Positions 55,008 to 62,245 of a stretch of DNA of 64,000 nt are shown here, piece after piece. The notes under the pieces are model-generated. The model ran no database searches. It had not been told where the DNA came from and saw only the letters and a program-made list of their open reading frames with translations. Numbering within the stretch: the stretch's first letter is position 1; each line of letters starts with the position of its first letter. The position numbers and the translations under genes were made by a program. Source of the stretch: an uncultured Ignavibacteriaceae bacterium (GTDB lineage: Bacteria; Bacteroidota; Ignavibacteria; Tepidaquicellales; Tepidaquicellaceae); the NCBI GenBank assembly GCA_964399995.1, contig CAYNTN010000007.1, positions 226 to 64,225 on the forward strand, given 5' to 3'.

Positions 55008-55223
55008 ATGAATGACGAGTTCAAATTATTAGACGTGATTGCATTGCTCAGAGACATCCCCGAGAAAAACCTGCGTAAAGGTCAGGTTGGGACTATTGTA
55101 GAAATGTATGACAATAAAAATTTTGAAGTAGAATTCTGCAACAAAAAGGGAGAAACAATTGCTTTGCTTCATTTGAATTCGAAAGATGTGCTGCTGCTGC
55201 GTTATGAATTGGAAGTAGTATGA
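55008..55223 (+). CDS. DUF4926-like protein (module 1)
   Basis: FKLLDVIALLRDIPEKNLRKGQVGTIVEMYDNKNFEVEF....GETIALLHL. Confidence 0.6.
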   Translation: MNDEFKLLDVIALLRDIPEKNLRKGQVGTIVEMYDNKNFEVEFCNKKGETIALLHLNSKDVLLLRYELEVV

Positions 55224-55501
55224 AAGATTGCATTTTTGATACTAATGAGAAATAGAAAAAGCAAAACAATTAAGACGGAAATATTATGAAAGTAAAACAA
55301 AAAGATAACAGTCTTGTGTCCTGGGATGATCATCTTGATAAAAGTATGGAAAGAGAGGAACGGTAAGACGGGAAAAATAGAGCAGAATTTAAACCTTTAA
55401 AATCGGAGTACTGATTCAGGAGACACGTAAAGAGTTGAGTGGATATTCCAAATTTCTGTTGATTTATTTTTTTCATAGAGGTATTTTAATCTAAAAAAGA
55501 T

Positions 55502-55741
55502 ATGACAATTCCTGATTTAAAATCGGATATAAAAAGAAAGATTGACGAAATTGATAATGTTAAGCTCCTTGAAGAGTTTAATATTATAATGAATTACCTG
55601 ACTTCCGAAAAAGAAGATTGGAATAATTTAGCACCTGAGTTAAAAGAAGCAATCGAAGAGGGTTTGGAGCAATTAGACAGGGGAAACAAAGTATCCTATG
55701 AAGAGGTAAAGAAAATAAATTCGAGATGGTTTTCGACATAG
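55502..55741 (+). CDS. putative antitoxin (precedes ParE/RelE remnant)
   Basis: 79 aa. LKEAIEEGLEQLDRGNKVSYEEVKKINSRW C-terminus is typical of small FCB-group antitoxins. Overlaps the toxin remnant start. Confidence 0.5.
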   Translation: MTIPDLKSDIKRKIDEIDNVKLLEEFNIIMNYLTSEKEDWNNLAPELKEAIEEGLEQLDRGNKVSYEEVKKINSRWFST

Positions 55742-56024
55742 TTTTTTCAGAAAGAGCTTCAAGAGATTTGAATTCAACTTTACATTAACTGGAAGACAAG
55801 CGGTCATTCCATGTTGCAGATGAATTTGCAAAGAGAATTGATTCAAAGATTGGTTTTATAAAAGAAAATCCATATCAATACCCTCCCTTTAAAAATAAAA
55901 AACAGGTTCGTAGATGTGTTGTCAATGAGCAAGTTTCTTATTATATAGAATTCTTCCTGATGAAGTTGAGATAATTACTTTATTTGATAATCGGCAGAAT
56001 CCATCAAAACTCAAATTGAAGTGA
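55726..56024 (+). pseudogene. RelE/ParE-family toxin pseudogene (in-frame TAA plus frameshift)
   Basis: MVFDIVFSERASRDLNSTLH*LEDK..VADEFAKRIDSKIGFIKENPYQYPPFKNKKQVRRCVVNEQVS.. then a +1 shift to RILPDEVEIITLFDNRQNPSKLKLK*. Confidence 0.7.
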
Positions 56025-56081
56025 AAAACCGAAGAAATAAAATCATCGGTTATCATTGGAATAACATAAACTTATACTTGT

Positions 56082-56720
56082 TTATCTATCTCTTTTACTC
56101 AATGTAATTATTAAACGGGTAGTAATGGAAGTGCTATATACATTGCCTACAGTCTTACTTTCATTTTTCGCACCTATGAATCCTGATTTGAATGTCAAAT
56201 TATAATTTCCACTGGAAAAATCATTTTCCTGAAACCTTGTAAAGTCATTTGCACCTTTTCTTTCTGCATGATAAAATTTGTCATTGTTTCCGGGAAGATC
56301 AAGAGTCAAGTCCAACGGCGGTGATGACCAGGAATTAAGATCACCACTTATTTTAATTTCTGCTTCCCATCTTTCATCATCAATTATTGAAGGAATAATG
56401 AGATTACCGGTTATTAAAGGTGAGGACTGACATTCGTACCGATAACCAGCGCCTCTGCTTTCAGAAGTAAATAATGTGGTTATTTCCAAATCAAATTCGA
56501 AAAAGTCACGATTTGCATTATTAATAGCATATCTGCCTTTAGTTATTACTGTACTATTTGGAGGTCCAATACCTTCAATCTGTAAAGGTCTATCAATCGG
56601 AGACTTCAATTTGTAAATAGCTTTTTTGTCAGCTAAAGTAAGTGGTCCTGCTTTGAATTCCTCACCGCCAGGTTCTCCTTCTTTATGATACACAACAGAT
56701 GCTAAGCTTGCAATATCCAT
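56082..56720 (-). CDS. hypothetical protein (island cargo, gene 2 of 2)
   Basis: 212-aa ORF, beta-rich, no signal peptide, no family recognised. Confidence 0.55.
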   Translation of the reverse strand: MDIASLASVVYHKEGEPGGEEFKAGPLTLADKKAIYKLKSPIDRPLQIEGIGPPNSTVITKGRYAINNANRDFFEFDLEITTLFTSESRGAGYRYECQSSPLITGNLIIPSIIDDERWEAEIKISGDLNSWSSPPLDLTLDLPGNNDKFYHAERKGANDFTRFQENDFSSGNYNLTFKSGFIGAKNESKTVGNVYSTSITTRLIITLSKRDR

Positions 56721-56772
56721 TTTTATATTTTTTTAATTTGAAAATCATTTTTTAAAATATTTATAAAAAATC

Positions 56773-57540
56773 TTAATTCGCTTTGAAATAAAAATCTTTA
56801 AGAGGAATTGAATGAACGTTAATTACTATTTCTTGATTGTATAAGGGTTTATGCCGCAAAATAATCTTTGCTTGTGGAGTTGAGTCATAGTTTTTATCAA
56901 AACTTATTTTTAGTGGAATGTTAATATGAGTTTCATCATTTATCGAAACATTTTTGTCAGCAGGTTTTACTAATTGGACTAAATTATCATACTTCGGTTC
57001 ACTTCCTTCCATTTTAATTTCGAAATTATAATTACCCGAAGTTTTTTTTCTGATTGTTAAGTATTTTGACTGATCAACTTTTCCCACAGCTTTAGTCCCA
57101 TCAAAAAACACAAACATATTTCTTGAGTTAACATAGAACTCATCTTCAAATGTATTCCTGACTGGAGATCCAAAAAAACCGCCAGCTAGTTGTCTCATTA
57201 CCCTCTCATATGAATCGAAAGCAACTAATTTTGCAGGGTCAGTAGATCCATCACCCAATAATTGACAATATGCAAAAGCAATTTCGGCAATAATTTGTGC
57301 TTTTTCATTTTTCAGTTCTGATTGAACATAATTAACAGCTTCGGCTTCATTACTTGCACTATCTTCCTTATCGTAATTCTCGTTCGAATAATTACCTGTT
57401 AACCCAATGGGAATCCCTTTAATTGGGACAGTGAGAGAGACATCACCTTTAGTTGTTACATGTTTCTCCATGAAGAATTTTTGAGCTTTATAAAAATTTT
57501 TACTAAAGGTTACATTCCGGGGAGGTGATTGGCAGTTCAT
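56773..57540 (-). CDS. hypothetical protein (island cargo, gene 1 of 2)
   Basis: 255 aa from MNCQSPP. The track ORF extends into an AC/AT microsatellite. No family recognised. Confidence 0.55.
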   Translation of the reverse strand: MNCQSPPRNVTFSKNFYKAQKFFMEKHVTTKGDVSLTVPIKGIPIGLTGNYSNENYDKEDSASNEAEAVNYVQSELKNEKAQIIAEIAFAYCQLLGDGSTDPAKLVAFDSYERVMRQLAGGFFGSPVRNTFEDEFYVNSRNMFVFFDGTKAVGKVDQSKYLTIRKKTSGNYNFEIKMEGSEPKYDNLVQLVKPADKNVSINDETHINIPLKISFDKNYDSTPQAKIILRHKPLYNQEIVINVHSIPLKDFYFKAN

Positions 57541-57592
57541 ATTTGTATTTTTAATTAGGGGAAAAATCCTTTCGTGCAATATACACACATAC

Positions 57593-57608
57593 ATATATAT
57601 ATATATAT
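57593..57608. repeat. (AT)8 dinucleotide microsatellite, preceded by AC-rich tract
   Basis: atacacacatac-atatatatatatatat-c, about 55 nt upstream of the 57540 start. Confidence 0.9.
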
Positions 57609-57672
57609 CAAGTTACATTCTTCTTCTCTCAAAAAATTTTTACTTTTTTATTAACATTCGATAATTTATTCC

Positions 57673-57738
57673 GTGGATTAGTGGAATGATATGGAATGAT
57701 TTGGAAAATTGGAAAAAATTGGAAACCATTCCATATCA
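57673..57738. repeat. short tandem/inverted repeats (TGGAATGAT, TTGGAAAA; ATATGGAATG/CATTCCATAT)
   Basis: gtggattagtggaatgatatggaatgatttggaaaattggaaaaaattggaaaccattccatatc. Confidence 0.7.
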
Positions 57739-57786
57739 CAACTTTGAATTGACATAAACTAACTTAAATTATATTTTATAAAAGCT

Positions 57787-57969
57787 ATGACGGCAGTTAA
57801 ACTAAAAAATATTATCAGAAAAAAACTCTCAATGATTGATGATGTCGAAATTCTAAATTCTATTAATTTATTCCTTGAATCTGCAAATGATAATTCAGGA
57901 CTGTATAAGCTAAATGATGAGCAAAGAAAAAGAATAAAAAAAGTAAATCGCAATTTAGGGAAGGTATAA
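57787..57969 (+). pseudogene. antitoxin-like gene, paralog of 55502..55741, C-terminally frameshifted
   Basis: VKLKNIIRKKLSMIDDVEILNSINLFLES..LNDEQRKRIKK. The expected C-terminus ISLSNEKVFDGIEQWLTKR* continues in another frame (57965-58024). Confidence 0.5.
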
Positions 57970-58051
57970 GTTTGTCTAATGAAAAGGTATTTGATGGGAT
58001 TGAACAGTGGTTAACAAAACGATAAAGTGGTCCGACGAAGCAAACAGTCGA

Positions 58052-58378
58052 ATGAATCTTCCATTTTCAAACAATATAATAATTGAAGACAGTAAGTTAA
58101 CAGATTATCTTTTGAATATTCACCATCCCGATGGAAGCACAAAAGCAAAATTTCTAATTGATAGAAAATTTGATAAAGATTCATTGCGAAAAACACTCAT
58201 TAAACAAGTTAAGGAGGAGGAAGTAAAAACGATGAAGGAGTCAACATTTGGGAAAAAATACATTATTGAAAGTGAAGTGCACTCGCCTGATAATACGAAA
58301 TTTATACTTAGAAGTGTTTGGATAGTGTATTTAAATGAAAATTTTATTAAGTTAGTAACAGCTTATCCTATAAAATAG
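58052..58378 (+). CDS. DUF6883-like protein (module 2)
   Basis: KLTDYLLNIHHPDGSTKAKFL...FGKKYIIESEV...LRSVWIV...KLVTAYP. Start set at MNLPF. Confidence 0.6.
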   Translation: MNLPFSNNIIIEDSKLTDYLLNIHHPDGSTKAKFLIDRKFDKDSLRKTLIKQVKEEEVKTMKESTFGKKYIIESEVHSPDNTKFILRSVWIVYLNENFIKLVTAYPIK

Positions 58379-58379
58379 C

Positions 58380-58610
58380 ATGATAAGAGAATTTGAAAGA
58401 ATAATATTAACAAAAAATTTAAAAAGTACTCCTTTTGTCAAGGGTGATGTAGGAACTGTGGTTATGATTCATCCCGGTGGAAAAGGGTTTGAAATTGAAT
58501 TTTTTGCCCTTGATGGAAGTACCCTTGGTGTAGAAACCGTGTTAGCAGATCACGTGAAGTCTGCTAATGGAATAAAAAAAGTAATTCATATTGATGAAAT
58601 AGCGGCATAA
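58380..58610 (+). CDS. DUF4926-like protein (module 2)
   Basis: FERIILTKNLKSTPFVKGDVGTVVMIHPGGKGFEIEFFALDGSTLGVETV. Confidence 0.6.
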   Translation: MIREFERIILTKNLKSTPFVKGDVGTVVMIHPGGKGFEIEFFALDGSTLGVETVLADHVKSANGIKKVIHIDEIAA

Positions 58611-58620
58611 ATTTTCCAAC

Positions 58621-59205
58621 TCACAAACTTTTATAAATCCCCATAACTTCATCTTTTCCGTATTTATTCTCCAGCTGCTTCACCGTAAAGTGACCTTCCG
58701 CCATTCTCTGAAAGTGATTCATGAATACCAGATTTATTGCTCCTCCTGATGCAGCGCCCATTACAGGAACAGACTTCGCTGCCGCTCCTTCGGAAATTAT
58801 TATTCCAAATCGCGAAGCTACTTTTGAAATAAAACTGACTAATGCCGGCGCGCTTTCTCTTACCATCCCCTTATGCAGTAGGTATTTATTAGCCTCAGTA
58901 ACCGCCTGTGCAAGTGCTCCTCTTGTAACATAATATGCGCTGTCTGAAAAATCATCTCTCTTTGAATTTCCGCCGACAGAAACCGGCTTTCCCCGAAGCT
59001 TCAGATTATCACGCTGTTCGACCTGAGCAAAGAATGCATCGAAGTCAATGTGAACAAAGAATCTCTTCTGATGCGACACGATTTTGAAATTCATATCTTT
59101 AATATGCGGGAAATAATACAGCGGCATTAAGCGCACGTGCTTGAATAGATTGCTTAAATCATTTCCCTCGCGGGGAATAAAGTATGACGAACTGTGTAAT
59201 TGCAT
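58621..59205 (-). pseudogene. chimeric ORF: duplicated dinB 5' end (42 codons) fused in frame to the 3' part of an EcsC-family gene
   Basis: N-terminus MNFKIVSHQKRFFVHIDFDAFFAQVEQRDNLKLRGKPVSVGG is identical to dinB. The remainder ...GAASGGAINLVFMNHFQRMAEGHFTVKQLENKYG is an EcsC-type C-terminus. Confidence 0.7.
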
Positions 59206-59252
59206 ACCTTAATAATATAGGGTGAGAAAAGAGATTAAAGAGAAAAATAATT
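58968..59252. repeat. direct repeat, right copy (dinB 5' end plus upstream region)
   Basis: See 54293..54578. Confidence 0.9.
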
Positions 59253-59364
59253 GCAGTGTCTTGAAAATTTTTGAAAATTAAATCAGCGTTCCAAATTATT
59301 CTATCAAATTTCTTAATTCTTATAAGTATATTTGCAGTACACACAAACTTAAATTCATTTCTCA

Positions 59365-60657
59365 ATGAGCACAGAATTATTGGAAATAAAAGAAAAGTAT
59401 CTTGCTGTATCGACAATGGCTGAAAATCTAATCGGCTCCGAGATAATACAGCTTGCCTGGCAGATAAATGAGAAGATAGCCAAAGGTCAGAAAATATATA
59501 ATCTTACAATCGGTGATTTTGATCCGAAAATTTTTCCTATCCCTGAATTACTGACAGAGGAAATCAAAAATGCTTATGATGATCATCAAACAAATTATCC
59601 GCCCGCGGAAGGCACTGCTGCTTTGAGAAAAGTAATTTCCGGTTATATACTTAAAAAAGGAAATCTCGATTATAGCCCCGATGAAATATTAGTTACAAGC
59701 GGCGCGCGTCCGGTTATATTTGCCGCTTATAATACAATAGTAGATTTAGATGAAATTGTAATTTTTCCCGTTCCGTCATGGAATAATAATCACTACTGCC
59801 ATCTTACAAGATCAAGAGTAATTACAGTGGAAACAAAACCGGAGGATAATTTCATGCCGACGGCAAAAGAACTCGAGCCGCATATCAAAAAAGCCACTCT
59901 TATATCTCTTTGCTCGCCGCTTAATCCGACCGGTACCTGTTTTACGGAATCAGAGATAAAAAATATTACCGACATGGTTGTTGATGAAAATATCAGAAGG
60001 AAAGATAATCAAAAACCTTTGTATGTTTTGTTTGATCAGATATACTGGCAGCTTACTCTCGGTGACACTGAACATTACAATCCTGTCGTGCTGAACCCTG
60101 CAATGAGAGATTATACGATCTTTGTTGACGGTATAAGCAAGGTTTTTGCGGCTACCGGCGTTAGAGTCGGATGGGGCTACGGTCCGAAAAGAATTATTGA
60201 TAAGATGAAATCAATAACCTCACACATGGGAGCATGGGCTCCGAAAGCTGAACAGGTAGCAGTTTCAAAATATCTTATGAATGAAAAGCACGTTGATTCA
60301 TATCTTGATATGTTTAAAGATGAACTTTACAAAAGAGTCCATAAATTTTACCAGAAATTTTCGGAACTGAAGAACGAAGGTTTTAATGTTGACGTTATTG
60401 ATCCGCAGGCTGCGCTTTATGTTACAGTTAAAATTGATCTGATAGGATTAAAGAAAGAAGACGGAACAGTAATCAAGACTACAAAAGATACTACAGAATT
60501 TCTTATTGAAGAAGGTAAGGTTGCTCTCGTACCGTTCTCATGCTTTGGATCATCACCTGATTCGACATGGTACAGAGTTTCTGTCGGCACATGCACAGTC
60601 GAACAGATAGACGATATAATGAAAAATCTCAGAAATGCTCTGGTAAAACTGTCATAG
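59365..60657 (+). CDS. PLP-dependent aminotransferase, class I/II (aspartate aminotransferase-like)
   Basis: 430 aa. NYPP.EG, SPLNPTG, PLP-lysine context DGISKVFAATGVRVGW. Confidence 0.8.
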   Translation: MSTELLEIKEKYLAVSTMAENLIGSEIIQLAWQINEKIAKGQKIYNLTIGDFDPKIFPIPELLTEEIKNAYDDHQTNYPPAEGTAALRKVISGYILKKGNLDYSPDEILVTSGARPVIFAAYNTIVDLDEIVIFPVPSWNNNHYCHLTRSRVITVETKPEDNFMPTAKELEPHIKKATLISLCSPLNPTGTCFTESEIKNITDMVVDENIRRKDNQKPLYVLFDQIYWQLTLGDTEHYNPVVLNPAMRDYTIFVDGISKVFAATGVRVGWGYGPKRIIDKMKSITSHMGAWAPKAEQVAVSKYLMNEKHVDSYLDMFKDELYKRVHKFYQKFSELKNEGFNVDVIDPQAALYVTVKIDLIGLKKEDGTVIKTTKDTTEFLIEEGKVALVPFSCFGSSPDSTWYRVSVGTCTVEQIDDIMKNLRNALVKLS

Positions 60658-60663
60658 TTATAT

Positions 60664-61006
60664 TTACCACTAAGGTACTAAGATCACTAAGAAAAATATT
60701 TTATCAAATGTGAGATTATTTGTAATTTCACTATAGAAGCAATAATTGAATTTCGACGTTTATCATTCTGAACGAATGGAGCGCGAAGCGGAGTGATTTA
60801 AAGAATCCAAATATAAGGTAGAATAGATTAATTTAATTGGATTCTTGCTCAGAATGATAAAAAAAATGTGTTTTGTGTTTTTTATATTACTAACAACATT
60901 TTCTACTTAGTGCCCTTAGTGTCTTCTATATAACTTCAAAAAATTTCTTCATTTTTGAAGTTATTTTTCAATAAACATAGGCTCCCTATCGGATACTTAG
61001 TGGTAA
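60664..61006. repeat. MITE-like element bounded by CACTAAG-family inverted repeats
   Basis: TTACCACTAAG (60664-60674) and CTTAGTGGTAA (60996-61006) form a perfect 11-bp IR. Further CACTAAG/CTTAGTG units lie inside both ends. Internal hairpins sit at 60763-60859 and 60932-60962. Confidence 0.6.
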
Positions 61007-61019
61007 AACCAATCTTAAT

Positions 61020-61520
61020 ATGCAGTCACAAATACAATTAATGAAATGGATGCTTGAAGATGTCAGAAAGGAAATGCTGGCAGGAGTTAATCATCTTACA
61101 AAGGAGCAATTGTTTCAATCCTCTGTTGATGGCGAATCTTCGATCGGTGCTTATCTCATGCATTTAGCCGAATGTGATCTCAGCTGGCTTGAAATACTTT
61201 CCGGTAAGGAGCAGCCGGGGGATTTAAAAAAGCGTGCTTACTTTGACAAATGGTTTGATGTTCCTGAGCCTGAACCACCGAAAGAACCGTTGGAAGTGAA
61301 TGAATATCTTGAAACAATAGCCCAGACAAGAAAAAATTTCATAGACTACATTTTAACACTGGATGACGAAGAACTTGAAAATGAAGTTACGATACAAAGA
61401 AAATCAGGAGAGCGAAAATTTAAAAAGAAATGGATCATATATCACATCATTGAACACGAAGCGCATCACCGCGGTCAGATGTTTATGATGATACGAAAAG
61501 CAGGCTGGAATAAAAACTAA
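61020..61520 (+). CDS. DinB/YfiT-fold (DinB_2) metal-dependent protein
   Basis: Four-helix pattern with His triad contexts (YLMHLAECD, HIIEHEAHHRGQ). Confidence 0.7.
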   Translation: MQSQIQLMKWMLEDVRKEMLAGVNHLTKEQLFQSSVDGESSIGAYLMHLAECDLSWLEILSGKEQPGDLKKRAYFDKWFDVPEPEPPKEPLEVNEYLETIAQTRKNFIDYILTLDDEELENEVTIQRKSGERKFKKKWIIYHIIEHEAHHRGQMFMMIRKAGWNKN

Positions 61521-61667
61521 AAATGTAATAACATCAGCATTCACAATCATACAATTCTAAAAAAATATATACCCGAAGAATCTGTTCAGTTTGCACTGGA
61601 ATGGCTTGAAGAATATAAATTTCATTTCAAAATTACCAGATCAAGAACCAGCAAGGATGGCGATTTC

Positions 61668-62150
61668 ATGCCGGCACACCGCGGAAAACCTCACCGCATA
61701 ACCGTCAATCATAATCTGAATAAATATTCATTCCTTATTACACTTACACATGAAGTTGCTCACCTGATAGCATGGAATAAATTCCAAAACCGGATTCTAC
61801 CGCACGGCAAGGAATGGAAGGAGGAATTCAGATTATTATTGCTTCCCTTTTTTACGCTTAAAATTTTTCCTGAAGATGTTTTAAAATGTCTTAACCATTA
61901 TTCGCTGAATCCGAAAGCTTCAAGCTGCACTGACTTACATTTGATGAAAGTACTGAAAAAGTATGATGAAAATTCCGCTTACATACACCTTGAAGATATA
62001 CCGGCGGGCAGCATTTTCCGTTTAAGGAATGGAAGGGAATTCATTAAAGGAGAGAGATTAAGGAAAAGATTTTTGTGCACTAATCTTAAAAACAGAAAAG
62101 AATATCTCGTCAGCCCGGTAGCAGAAGTGATTCAGACGACTTTGTTCTGA
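61668..62150 (+). CDS. SprT-like zinc metallopeptidase-domain protein (5' end uncertain)
   Basis: HRITVNHNLNKYSFLITLTHEVAHL (HExxH). The frame stays open and family-like back to 61521, with no ATG/GTG/TTG. Confidence 0.65.
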   Translation: MPAHRGKPHRITVNHNLNKYSFLITLTHEVAHLIAWNKFQNRILPHGKEWKEEFRLLLLPFFTLKIFPEDVLKCLNHYSLNPKASSCTDLHLMKVLKKYDENSAYIHLEDIPAGSIFRLRNGREFIKGERLRKRFLCTNLKNRKEYLVSPVAEVIQTTLF

Positions 62151-62245
62151 AATAGTTTGAATAAACCTGACAGGTTTCAGAGCCTATACGTGAAAAATAT
62201 TTGTGATGTCTTCAAAAACCTGTCAGGTTTAAAATATTTACAAAA

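Larger units (their letters stand above)
54579..58967. mobile_element. about 4.4-kb accessory island (TA-like modules, decayed toxin genes, two unknown genes, ecsC 3' fragment) bounded by the dinB-5' direct repeats
   Basis: Bounded by about 285-bp direct repeats. Contents are typical accessory cargo. No integrase or transposase is visible. Confidence 0.5.

Noticed and set aside
59159-59416. 85-aa minus-strand ORF spanning the dinB-repeat/aminotransferase promoter region
   Set aside because: It overlaps the start of the aminotransferase gene in antisense and covers diverged non-coding repeat DNA. There are no coding signals.
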